Assembly (NCBI GenBank): GCA_963753345.1
Contig: CAVWBU010000026.1
Coordinates: 192,001 to 256,000, forward strand
DNA length: 64,000 nt
From: an uncultured Fibrobacterota bacterium
GTDB lineage: Bacteria > Fibrobacterota > Chitinivibrionia > Chitinivibrionales > FEN-1185
Reading direction: 5' to 3'
Under the pieces are notes generated by a model. That model did no database searches. It saw nothing but the letters and a program-made list of their open reading frames with translations, and was not told the origin of the DNA. Position numbers and translations under genes: made by a program. This document shows, piece by piece, positions 19,693-29,068 of the stretch. Numbering within the stretch: position 1 is the first letter of the stretch; each line of letters starts with the position of its first letter.

Positions 19693-20733
19693 CTATTGGG
19701 CCTTGTATTGAAAAATGACTTTACCAGCCTTATTTATATAGCCGTCGATTTCTTTTGAGATGCCGACATTTGCTATTCCGTCTGAAAAATTATAACCGTG
19801 GGAAAATGGTGTTTTTATTGAAATATCTCCGTTTCTGTCAATATAATAGGTTTTACCCTTTATGGAAACAGGAGCGAGTCCTTCAGAAAATCTACAAGGC
19901 GAATAAGCTTGGTCTATTTCTATACTTTTAGATAAAACGTTCCCAAGGGTATCAATCATAACAAATCTGCCGTTTAGATTGACAAAACATCTTCCCTCAT
20001 GAAACACACTATAGCTGCTAATTTGAAGGCCATTGTAGGCTGAAAACTGGCAAGGTATGACAAGTTTGCCGGATCTGTCGATGAAGCCTATTTTGTTATC
20101 CCTGATCACCAAGGCGCGTCTTTCATTGAAATGGGAACCGTATTCAAAAGGCGTTTTTAAAACTATATTGCCGTTTGTATCTGCGTAAGCCAAAAGTCTA
20201 TTCGGCGAAAAGACCGGAGCTAATCCTTCAGAGAATCGGTTGTCGTAGGTATATGTCGTTAGAAAAACAGGTTTTCCGTTTCTGTCAATATAACCGTAAT
20301 TCTTTCCAAAGCAAACAAACGCTCTGGCATTGTGAAAGTCTTGTGCGGTTGAGAATTGCTCTTGGATTACAATCCTGCCGGTCTTGTCAATGAACCCTAC
20401 ATTACGGACATCTGAATTCTTTTGTAAGGAAGCAAGTCCTTCGCTAAAAATGCCTATACAGTTGAAAGCTGGCTCAATCACGACTTTGCCGTTTTGGTCA
20501 ATGAACCCTTCCGCCACGTTTAACGGGAAATGAGTCACATAAAAAGGAATTAGATCGGCATCCTTCGCGTACATATAACCGTTTAGGGTTCCCTTGATCG
20601 ACGGTTCTACTACAACTACACCGGTACTATCGATAAAACCAATTTTAGCATCAACACAGAAAGGGTAATGTGTGGCTGCGGCCAAACATTTTATGCCGAT
20701 GACAATTATTCCGAAAATCAATTTTCGTTTCAT
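19693..20733 (-). CDS. WG-repeat (KWG-like) secreted protein
   Basis: Repeated GFID..G..VI..F....FSEGLA. Confidence 0.85.
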   Translation of the reverse strand: MKRKLIFGIIVIGIKCLAAATHYPFCVDAKIGFIDSTGVVVVEPSIKGTLNGYMYAKDADLIPFYVTHFPLNVAEGFIDQNGKVVIEPAFNCIGIFSEGLASLQKNSDVRNVGFIDKTGRIVIQEQFSTAQDFHNARAFVCFGKNYGYIDRNGKPVFLTTYTYDNRFSEGLAPVFSPNRLLAYADTNGNIVLKTPFEYGSHFNERRALVIRDNKIGFIDRSGKLVIPCQFSAYNGLQISSYSVFHEGRCFVNLNGRFVMIDTLGNVLSKSIEIDQAYSPCRFSEGLAPVSIKGKTYYIDRNGDISIKTPFSHGYNFSDGIANVGISKEIDGYINKAGKVIFQYKAQ

Positions 20734-21612
20734 CTTGGACGTCCAGTTACCCTTCTTACCGTCGAGCTACCAGCTTTCTTATGCATTCCGCGCCTCTGAG
20801 TGGATTTTCTCTTTTCCTGAAGCGCCTCCGCCATCTCAAAATCCTCTTTCGTGGTGATCTTGAAATTGAGCGGGTCGCCCTGCGCGACGCCGACGGCGAC
20901 GCCGGCAGCCTGCATGAGCATGGCTTCATCAGTGGGCGGCGAGGGAAGCAGGGCCGCGTGTTTGAACGCGGCCGTTAGTCCCGAGCGCCTGAACAATCTG
21001 GGGGGTCTGGACGCGGACCAGTCCGTTTCTGTCAAGCGTATTGCCGGCGCAATCGCCCGTGAATCCCATAGCGAGCGCATTCCTCGAAGCTTGCTTCGGG
21101 GTTGGCGAGCGACTATGAGTATGTTTTTTTTCCATAGGGATGGAAGATTCCTCGTCCCGCGGGACTGCGGGGTTCTTCAATTCCCTGATGGTATCGACCT
21201 CGGGCGTGGCGGCGATCACCGCGTCGTACTTTCCAGAAACGGAAAGCACGGCGTTGATGATTCTTTTCGTCAAGAACGGCCGGGCCGAGTCGTGGATCAT
21301 CACCCATTCGGCCTTTGATACGTCCACGCCGCTTTTCACCGACAGCCAACGGTGAAGGCCGCCTTTTACAATGATGATCTCTTTTTTGACACGTAAGGTT
21401 GAAACGATCTTCCGTGCTCTATCCGTCATTGCCGCAGGAACAACGAGGATGATTTTGTCGATGGCGCGATGGCGTGCAAAGACAAGGAGGGAATGGACAA
21501 ACAGCGGCCTGTCACCAAGATTGACAAACGCCTTGGGCATTTTCGCGCCCAGCCGCTTTCCGCTTCCCGCAGCGACAATGATGCAATCGGCGATTGTTCG
21601 CTTTTCGGTCAT
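20730..21612 (-). pseudogene. ispD: 2-C-methyl-D-erythritol 4-phosphate cytidylyltransferase with a 117-bp in-frame insertion and a +1 frameshift (real or assembly error)
   Basis: AAGSGKRLG..PK, IHDSARPF and QTPQ are in one frame; FRRS..TDEA..NFKITTKED are in another. Confidence 0.8.
21064..21180 (-). mobile_element. Non-autonomous palindromic element (possibly IS200/IS605-end-derived) inside ispD
   Basis: Two hairpin-like ends (ACCCCGCAG..CGAGG and ACCCCGAAGCAAGCTTCGAGG). Removal restores DTIRE-FTGD. The second hairpin recurs at 60339-60372. Confidence 0.7.
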
Positions 21613-21644
21613 ATTGTTTGTCTTTAACTGTCAACCGTCAACTG

Positions 21645-22850
21645 TCAACTCTTTCTTCTTTCAACAATCCCCGCCACCTTCATCGGCAGCCCGAAGATCC
21701 GTATGAACCCCCGCGCGTCCTTCTGGTCGTAGAAATCGGTGTCGGTAAAGGACGCGAGGTCCGAAAGGTACAGCGATTTCGGCGATTTTGAGCCGGCCGG
21801 GTAGATGCCACCCTTGTACAGCTTGAGCCTTACGGCGCCGGTGACATTTTCCTGCGTGGCATTGACAAAGGCATCCAGCGATTCACGGAGCTTTGAGAAC
21901 CACTGGCCGAAGTACACGAGCTCGGCATAGCGGAGTGCCACGGTTTCCTTGTAGTGCAGGGTGTCGCGATCGAGCACCAGGCGCTCGAGCTCGCGGTGCG
22001 CCGCGTAGAGAATCGACCCGCCGGGCGTTTCGTACACGCCGCGCGACTTGATGCCCACCAGCCTGTTTTCCACCATGTCAACATGCCCCACGCCGTGCAG
22101 CCCGCCCAGGCGGTTGAGTTCGGACAGCAGCGCCACGGGCCCAAGCGCCTTGCCGTTCACCGACATGGGCGTGCCTTTGCGGAAGGCGACCGTTACATAC
22201 CCGGGCCTGGCCGGCGCTTTTTCAACCATGCTTGACAGAGTATACACATTGTCCGGAGGCTCGGCCGCAGGATCTTCGAGCACGCCGCCCTCGTGGCTGA
22301 TGTGCCATATGTTGCGGTCCTCGGAGTAGATGCGTTTCTTTGACTGGCTCACGGGGATGTTGCGCGCAGCGGCATAGGCAAGACAGTCTTCGCGCGACCG
22401 CAGCGTCCACTTCGGGTCTTTCCAGGGGGAAATGATTGCAAGCGACGGGTCGAGCGCCATTACGGTGAGCTCGAAGCGCACCTGGTCGTTTCCCTTGCCG
22501 GTCGCGCCGTGCGCCACGGCGTCGGCGCGTTCACGGTGCGCGATTTCCACGGCGCGCTTCGCAATGATGGGCCGGGCAAAGCTCGTTCCGAGCAGGTAGC
22601 TGCCCTCGTACACGGCCCCGGCGCGCAGCGTGGGGTAAATGTAATCGACGATGAATTCCTCGCGCAGGTCTTCGAGGCAGAACTTGGAGGCGCCGGTTCT
22701 GAGCGCCTTCTGCCGGAGGCCGCGCGTTTCCTCGGCCTGGCCCACGTCGGCGCACATGGCGATCACCTGGCAGTGATAGTTCTCCCTGAGCCACGGGATC
22801 ATTATCGACGTGTCAAGACCGCCGGAGTAGAGGAGGACGACTTTCTTCAT
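21645..22850 (-). CDS. argG: Argininosuccinate synthase
   Basis: [39 protein letters not shown]. Confidence 0.97.
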   Translation of the reverse strand: MKKVVLLYSGGLDTSIMIPWLRENYHCQVIAMCADVGQAEETRGLRQKALRTGASKFCLEDLREEFIVDYIYPTLRAGAVYEGSYLLGTSFARPIIAKRAVEIAHRERADAVAHGATGKGNDQVRFELTVMALDPSLAIISPWKDPKWTLRSREDCLAYAAARNIPVSQSKKRIYSEDRNIWHISHEGGVLEDPAAEPPDNVYTLSSMVEKAPARPGYVTVAFRKGTPMSVNGKALGPVALLSELNRLGGLHGVGHVDMVENRLVGIKSRGVYETPGGSILYAAHRELERLVLDRDTLHYKETVALRYAELVYFGQWFSKLRESLDAFVNATQENVTGAVRLKLYKGGIYPAGSKSPKSLYLSDLASFTDTDFYDQKDARGFIRIFGLPMKVAGIVERRKS

Positions 22851-22942
22851 GATGCGATGCCTTTCGGAAAATGAAAGGGGGATATGATCGATTTTTCTTT
22901 CGACGAGCGGTGCGGTCTACCGAGTGCTAAGCGCGCCCCGGG

Positions 22943-24151
22943 TCACAGTTTGCATTTGACAAGAACGTTCCCGAATATTTCAAGCGCGGCCGTGATGTCC
23001 TTTTCCTCAACGATGAGGGGAGGCATGAACCGCACCGTGTTGTGCTCGGCCTTGATAAGGAGGAGTCCCTCCTCCTTGCACAGCGGGATTATTTCCTTGG
23101 GGTCGTGCGCCATTTCCACGCCGACAAGCAGGCCCATGCCGCGCACCTCCTTCATGCCGGGATGCGACAAGGCAATCGTCGTGAGTGCCTTCTTCAGGAT
23201 GCCGCCGTTCTTGGCGACGTTGGAAAGAAAGACCGGCTGCGAAATAATGTTGAGCGTCACGCACCCGAGGGCGCAGGCGAGCGGGTTGCCGCCGAACGTG
23301 GTGCCGTGGCTGCCGGGCGATACGGCCGCGGCGATGTGGTCCTTGCAGACCACGGCGCCAAGGGGAAGCCCGCCGCCCAGAGGCTTTGCCGCCGCGAGGA
23401 TGTCCGGCACGATGCCGTACTGCTCGCAGCACCAGAGCGTGCCGGTGCGGCCCATGCCGCACTGGATCTCGTCGAACACCAGCGCGATGTCCTTCTTGCT
23501 CGCATACTCGCGCAGAAACCGCAGGAATTCCTTGGAGGCCAGGTTCACCCCGCCCTCGCCCTGCACGGGCTCCACGATGATGGCCGCGAAGTCGTGCTTG
23601 TCAAGCATTTCCCCGGCCGCCCCGATGTCGTTGAACGGCGCGTGGTGAAACCCCTCGAGCATGGGGCCAAACCCGTCCTGGAAATGCTCCTGCGCGGTCG
23701 CCGACAGCGCGCCGTAGGTGCGGCCGTGAAATCCGCTTGAGAAGGACAGGACATGGTACTTTTCTTTGTCAATTTGCGCCGCCCGTTTCCGTGAGAACTT
23801 GATGGCCGCCTCGATCGCCTCGGTGCCGCTGTTGCAGAGAAACACCTTGCCGCCGAACGTTTTTTCCGAAAGCAATTTCGCAAGCGCCAGCTGCGGCTGA
23901 GTGAAGTAGAGGTTCGAGGAATGGATCAGGAGCGACCCCTGTTCCCGCAGCGCCGCGATGATGGCGGGATGGCCGTGGCCCAGCGCGTTCACCGCGATGC
24001 CCGCGCCGAAATCGAGGTACCGCCTGCCGTCGGCGTCGAACAGATACATGCCCTCGCCCCGCACGAGCGGCGCGCCGCTCCGGGAGAACGTGGGGACGAA
24101 AACGTCGGCGTTGTCTGGATTCTGTGAAGGTGCTTTATGATCTTTGTTCAT
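22943..24151 (-). CDS. argD: Acetylornithine aminotransferase
   Basis: NSGTEAIEAAIK, FHGRT, DEIQCGMGRTG, HGTTFGGNP; arg operon context. Confidence 0.93.
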   Translation of the reverse strand: MNKDHKAPSQNPDNADVFVPTFSRSGAPLVRGEGMYLFDADGRRYLDFGAGIAVNALGHGHPAIIAALREQGSLLIHSSNLYFTQPQLALAKLLSEKTFGGKVFLCNSGTEAIEAAIKFSRKRAAQIDKEKYHVLSFSSGFHGRTYGALSATAQEHFQDGFGPMLEGFHHAPFNDIGAAGEMLDKHDFAAIIVEPVQGEGGVNLASKEFLRFLREYASKKDIALVFDEIQCGMGRTGTLWCCEQYGIVPDILAAAKPLGGGLPLGAVVCKDHIAAAVSPGSHGTTFGGNPLACALGCVTLNIISQPVFLSNVAKNGGILKKALTTIALSHPGMKEVRGMGLLVGVEMAHDPKEIIPLCKEEGLLLIKAEHNTVRFMPPLIVEEKDITAALEIFGNVLVKCKL

Positions 24152-24193
24152 GATGAAAATCCTTGCTGTCAACTTCTTGAATCTTGAACTATT

Positions 24194-24224
24194 GAAGAAG
24201 CCCGCCAAATGGCGGGGCTTCTTC
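24194..24224. terminator. Hairpin between argB and argD
   Basis: GAAGAAGCCCGCCA-AA-TGGCGGGGCTTCTTC. Confidence 0.5.
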
Positions 24225-24314
24225 CTTGCCCAGGGAAAAGATATTTGTAATTCGCCCGCTAAGGTTAGCGGGCTGTGGCAATCAACGTTTCAACGCTTCA
24301 ACTTTTCAACGTTG

Positions 24315-25100
24315 TCACGCTAGGACAACCGTGCCCCCGGCAGTAGCCGGGTCAAGCTCACGAATCAGCGTTTCCGCCCCGTTCCATCCGCAGATGTGGA
24401 CCCGCGCCACTCCGCGGTTCACGGATTCGGCAGCGCCGCGCAGCTTGGGCACCATGCCGCCCTTGACATGTCCTGAGGCGATGAGGTCCTCTATCTCGGA
24501 TATCTTTATGCTGGGCTTCACTGAGCCGTTGACAAGCACGCCCGCTACGTCGGAAACGAACACCAGGTGGTCGGCGTGCAGCACCGCCGCGATTTCGCTC
24601 GCCGCGACGTCGGCATTCACATTGTAGATATTACCGCCGTCGTCGCGGGAAATGGGCGATATCACCGGCACGATGCGTTCGCCCCGGCACAGGTCGATTA
24701 TTTTCTTGTCAACCTTGCGTATTTCGCCCACGAAGCCGATGTCCCGGCCCTTTACGGTCATGCGCGACGCCGAAAGCAGGTTGCAGTCGACCCCGCTTAT
24801 GCCCAGCGCGGTTACGCCCGCGGTCTCGAGCGCGTTCACCAGCCGCTTGTTGACGTCGCCGGACAGCACCATCTGCACGGTGCCCACGGTTTCGGCATCG
24901 GTCACTCGCATGCCTTCAACGAACGTGTATTCCTTCTTGAGCAGGTCGAGCTGGCGGCCGATGTCTTTGCCGCCGCCGTGGACTACCACCGGAAAGCAAG
25001 AGGAAACAATGGCGGCAAGGCTTTTGCCGAAGGCGGGGAAAAACCCCGGGGCGTCGAGCGTTGCGCCGCCGATTTTGATGCACACGGTTTGCATGGACAA
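24315..25100 (-). CDS. argB: Acetylglutamate kinase
   Basis: IKIGG, VHGGG, GMRVTD, NVNAD, GGMVPK. Confidence 0.95.
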   Translation of the reverse strand: MSMQTVCIKIGGATLDAPGFFPAFGKSLAAIVSSCFPVVVHGGGKDIGRQLDLLKKEYTFVEGMRVTDAETVGTVQMVLSGDVNKRLVNALETAGVTALGISGVDCNLLSASRMTVKGRDIGFVGEIRKVDKKIIDLCRGERIVPVISPISRDDGGNIYNVNADVAASEIAAVLHADHLVFVSDVAGVLVNGSVKPSIKISEIEDLIASGHVKGGMVPKLRGAAESVNRGVARVHICGWNGAETLIRELDPATAGGTVVLA

Positions 25101-25112
25101 GGATCCTTCGCG

Positions 25113-26138
25113 CTACAGGAGGCCGCTCGTCTCGGGGAACCCGAACATGATGTTCATGTTCTGCACGGCCTGGCCGCTTGCGCCCTTCACGAGATTGTCG
25201 AGCGACGACACCGCAATCACGGGCCGGCCGTTCTCGCCCGCGGTAAACGTGATGTCGCAGTAGTTCGTGTTCGCCGTGCCGCCCGTGGTCGGCAGGTCGG
25301 AAGGCTCCCGCATCCTCACAAACGGCTCGCCCCGGTACGCCTTTCCCACGATGTCAAGACACTCGGCCGCGGTCCGGTTCGTGGTGAGGTAGATGGTTGA
25401 TAGAATGCCCCGGTTCGTGGGGAGAAGGTGCGGCGAAAACGTGATGGTCACGGGTTTGCCGCAGGCTCTTGAAAACTCCTGCTCGATTTCGGCGATGTGC
25501 CGGTGGCTGTGGCCCACCGAATAGGCGGAGAAATTCTCGTGCACTTCCACGAAATGGCTCGAAAGCTTAAGGGCCCGTCCGGCGCCGCTCAAACCGGATT
25601 TTGAATCGGCAATGACAAGAGAGAGCATGGTGCCCTTGTCTCTGAAGAGCGGCAGCAGCGGCAGCATGATGCTCGTGGAATAGCAGCCGGGGTTCGCCAC
25701 GATCCTGGCTTTTGCGATGTCGCTTCTGTACCATTCGCACAGTCCGAACACGGCTTCGGACAAAAGCTCAGGGCACGGGTGCTCGGTCTTGTACCAGGCG
25801 GCGTATTCCTTCGGGTCCCGTATCCTGAAGTCGGCGCTGAGGTCGATCACCCGCACCGAATTATTGATAAAGGGCAACAGGAAGCCCGCAGAGGTCGCGT
25901 GCGGCAGGCAGGAAAAGACGCAGTCCACGGCGACCTCTGCGGTTTTGTCGGGCGCGAGCAGGACCTTGTCGCAGATGCCCTTCACCTGGGGGAATACGGC
26001 GCTCAGCTTCTGTCCCGCGTACGATTGCGACGACACGAACGCGATTGACGCGTGCGCGTGCCTCGCAAGGATTTTGACCAGCTCGATGCCCGTGTACCCG
26101 GTCGCGCCGAGGATGCCGATGGTGATTTTGTTTGTCAT
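25113..26138 (-). CDS. argC: N-acetyl-gamma-glutamyl-phosphate reductase
   Basis: GATGYTG, DLSADFR, ANPGCY, DNLVKGASGQA. Confidence 0.96.
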   Translation of the reverse strand: MTNKITIGILGATGYTGIELVKILARHAHASIAFVSSQSYAGQKLSAVFPQVKGICDKVLLAPDKTAEVAVDCVFSCLPHATSAGFLLPFINNSVRVIDLSADFRIRDPKEYAAWYKTEHPCPELLSEAVFGLCEWYRSDIAKARIVANPGCYSTSIMLPLLPLFRDKGTMLSLVIADSKSGLSGAGRALKLSSHFVEVHENFSAYSVGHSHRHIAEIEQEFSRACGKPVTITFSPHLLPTNRGILSTIYLTTNRTAAECLDIVGKAYRGEPFVRMREPSDLPTTGGTANTNYCDITFTAGENGRPVIAVSSLDNLVKGASGQAVQNMNIMFGFPETSGLL

Positions 26139-26241
26139 TGCTACTATGCCTTTTCCGCGTTTTTCGTATCAAAGGTAAAATAATTTACTCGCAGGATTGT
26201 AAAGTAGGTTGGATAGACCTCAGTTACCAAACGGTACACTT

Positions 26242-26396
26242 GGGCGCCCCGCCTTCGGCGGCGGCCCTCCTTCCAGGCTCGGCCTTTCGGCCTCGTTGCC
26301 GCCTTCCACGAGGGCCCTGCGGGCCGTGGCCAGGCGGCAATCCCGCCTTGGCGGGACCATTTTTTCCAGTCCGGCCTGGCGCGCGGCAAAGGAAAT
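26242..26396 (+). repeat. Module A, copy 4 (GCGCC/GGCGC variant)
   Basis: GGGCGCCCC-GCCTTCGGC-..CCTGGCGCGCGG. Confidence 0.85.
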
Positions 26397-26612
26397 ATAT
26401 TCCGTCAAGCATCCTCAATGCGCCTGCCCGAGTTCAAAGTTAATCGGTTAGAGTTTGTTCTTGTCCGAAATTGTGAGGCCACAAGGTGGGCAGGTGAGGG
26501 ATGGAGCGGGCGACCGATTCACAGCCACTGCTCGCGGGGCAAAGGTTTCAAGAGGGGGGAGAAACACCTTTGCCGGACGGCAATGGCATGTGAACCGTGA
26601 AGCCGCTCGTTA

Positions 26613-27809
26613 TTACCGAGCAGGATTGCAGATCAGCTTTGCATTTACAACAGATCCGTCCCTGCTGAATATTGCCAGATATGAACCTGCATGTTTGATC
26701 CGCGGAATATTTTCGACCGACGTGTTGCCATTGAACGTGAAACGTTCGAGCAATCTACCGCGCACATCGAACAGCTTCAACTCATCAAAAGCAGAGCTCA
26801 CGTTTATTGACAAGGGAGCAAACGTAACTGCTGTGGGCGCTGGCGGAACATAGGGCCCGTATTTGGCTCTTATCGTATCCACCCACCAGCGCACGCCCGG
26901 ATCCGCCGAGGAACCGTACCCGCCGAAACCGGCATTAGGGCCTAAGGGCGGAACCGCCTGCAGCCACATTGAGGAATACATATATCCTTCGCCTTTAGTC
27001 AAGTGGCCAAAAGTGCCGCTGATCGCGGATTTCTCGTCAGAGGCCGCATAGACCCCTATGGCAGAAGCGGTGTAATTGCCGCTTCCGTAACTCCATATGC
27101 CGTCGCCTTCGGTCTCGGCATACGGTTTAGTGGCGTCGTGTGAAGAAAGATGGATTGCAAGATCGGCAGCTGCAGGACACGTCCCGAAGTATCCCGCAAC
27201 AATAGCGGTGGGGTTTGCGGCTTTTCCGGCCATAACCACGCTGTCCGTACTTGTATATTTTTTTTGTTGAAAAGCCATGCCTTCGTTGTCGGCATCAAAG
27301 AACACGTTACCGTAACCATGGTTTTTTGCCCAGGCTACGGTATTTGCAAGAGCATGTTCGAAATCCTGCTGCCCCCAATTTGAAAAATTTGCATTGTTTG
27401 TTCCATAGTAACAACAGCCGACAAGGACCACCATTCCTTTGGCGTCTGCAGCCTCAATGATTTTACCCATGCGCGCGCTGTAAATCGGGTTGAGCGTCGC
27501 ATCCTGAGTATACCCCCCAATGTTGCCGTAGCGCGAGCCCTGGAAGTAAACGCTGAACGAATTAAGGCCGTATAACTCAAATGAGTCAAGATGCGCTATC
27601 AGGTCGTTTGCCGCAGAGTCGTTGATGAGCGAGTTTGAGCACCGGAATCCTTTAAGGAGAATTTCCTGGCCGTTTAAATAGGTCTTTGTCCCGGAAACCG
27701 AAAAAACATACTGCCCGGAAAAACAGGGCATGCAAAGCAGACCGACAAAGGCCAGAGTTCCAACGACTATCCCGGTTTTTTTCTTGGATAGGATACGCAG
27801 AGGGTTCAT
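26613..27809 (-). CDS. Secreted TIM-barrel glycoside hydrolase-like protein (clan GH-A-like), paralog 3, with C-terminal sorting-like domain
   Basis: Signal peptide, DNEG, PYAETEG, tail LFDVRGRLL. Confidence 0.7.
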   Translation of the reverse strand: MNPLRILSKKKTGIVVGTLAFVGLLCMPCFSGQYVFSVSGTKTYLNGQEILLKGFRCSNSLINDSAANDLIAHLDSFELYGLNSFSVYFQGSRYGNIGGYTQDATLNPIYSARMGKIIEAADAKGMVVLVGCCYYGTNNANFSNWGQQDFEHALANTVAWAKNHGYGNVFFDADNEGMAFQQKKYTSTDSVVMAGKAANPTAIVAGYFGTCPAAADLAIHLSSHDATKPYAETEGDGIWSYGSGNYTASAIGVYAASDEKSAISGTFGHLTKGEGYMYSSMWLQAVPPLGPNAGFGGYGSSADPGVRWWVDTIRAKYGPYVPPAPTAVTFAPLSINVSSAFDELKLFDVRGRLLERFTFNGNTSVENIPRIKHAGSYLAIFSRDGSVVNAKLICNPAR

Positions 27810-27872
27810 ACTTACTCCTTTTGTAAATTGGTGCCTATCTCATTATGAAACAGCCTTTTTGCAAAAGACCTT

Positions 27873-29048
27873 TCAACGACCAGTATTGCAGAAAGATTTG
27901 ATATTAATAATATCATTTCCCTTGCTGTAGACCACGACATTCACGCGCGTATTCCTGGATAATAGCTTCATGCTTGCGTTTAGCATGTTGCCAGAATACG
28001 TCGCAACCAGTTTGCCGCGCAGGTCGAATACTTTGACGTTATCATAGGCAGCAGTCGCAATGTGCAACGGGAGCTCATGCGACACCCCAACCTGCAGGGG
28101 CGGGGGCGGGTTCCATGAGCCCCATGCGGCTTTGAGCGCTTCGAGCCAAAAGCGTATTCCGGGACTCCCGGCAGTGCCGTTGCCACCCGGATTCATGTTG
28201 GGACCAAGCGGCGGGGCAGCCTGCAGCCACATATCAGCTAACATAAATCCTTTTGGGCCGGCAGCCTGCGCCTGTGATACGGCGCATCCACCATGTTGTG
28301 TACCTATGGCCGATGCTGTATAGTTGTTGCTACCGTAACTCCAAGTGCCGCAACCTTCGCTCTCGATGTAGGGTTTCCCTGCGACCTGTGTTCCGATATG
28401 GACTGAAAGATCCGCGGCCGCTGCCGCCGCCGCATCGCCCCAATCACACGAAAAAAGAATCTGAGGATCGACTGCCCTTCCTGATTGTATCGCCTCAACC
28501 TTGTTAGGTATGATACCGCCGGCCATGCCTTCGTTGTCGATATCAACAAAGACATTCCGATAATTATGGCTACTGATCCATCTCGCCGTGTTTGCAACAG
28601 CAGTGTCTACGTTACTCTGGCCCCAATCGGTGAATTTTGCAGTGGTACCCCCCCAGTAAAGGCACCCGACCAGCACTATCATGCCCTTGGAATCAGCGGC
28701 CTCAATTATCTGGCCAAGCCTTGCGGAATAGATAGGGTTAAGGGTGCCATCGTGGTTGTACCCCGGAATGTTGCCGTAACGCGAACCCATTATGTAAACA
28801 CTAACGATATTACATCCGTAGTACTTGAAGGTGTCAAGATAGAAGATCAGCGAATCGGTGGCCGCCTGGGTGATGAGCGATTGGGAACAACGCACCCCTT
28901 TGGCGACGAAGCCCACGCCGTTGATGACCGTCGAGTCGCCGCGTACCGAAAAAACATATTGGGATGCCGAAGCGGAAACGATTAAGAACGAGAGCGCCAC
29001 CATCGCGCCTAACGCGAAGCGGCTGAACTTAACATAAGACATTTTCAT
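27873..29048 (-). CDS. Secreted GH-A-like protein, paralog 2
   Basis: GSRYG, IIEAAD..GMIVLVGCLYW, DNEG, PYIESEG, tail VFDLRGKLV. Confidence 0.7.
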   Translation of the reverse strand: MKMSYVKFSRFALGAMVALSFLIVSASASQYVFSVRGDSTVINGVGFVAKGVRCSQSLITQAATDSLIFYLDTFKYYGCNIVSVYIMGSRYGNIPGYNHDGTLNPIYSARLGQIIEAADSKGMIVLVGCLYWGGTTAKFTDWGQSNVDTAVANTARWISSHNYRNVFVDIDNEGMAGGIIPNKVEAIQSGRAVDPQILFSCDWGDAAAAAAADLSVHIGTQVAGKPYIESEGCGTWSYGSNNYTASAIGTQHGGCAVSQAQAAGPKGFMLADMWLQAAPPLGPNMNPGGNGTAGSPGIRFWLEALKAAWGSWNPPPPLQVGVSHELPLHIATAAYDNVKVFDLRGKLVATYSGNMLNASMKLLSRNTRVNVVVYSKGNDIINIKSFCNTGR

Positions 29049-29068
29049 AACGACTCCTTGTGGATTTG

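Noticed and set aside
26140-26240. ARG boxes upstream of argC
   Set aside because: The region is AT-rich, but no convincing tandem TGAAT..ATTCA palindromes were found.
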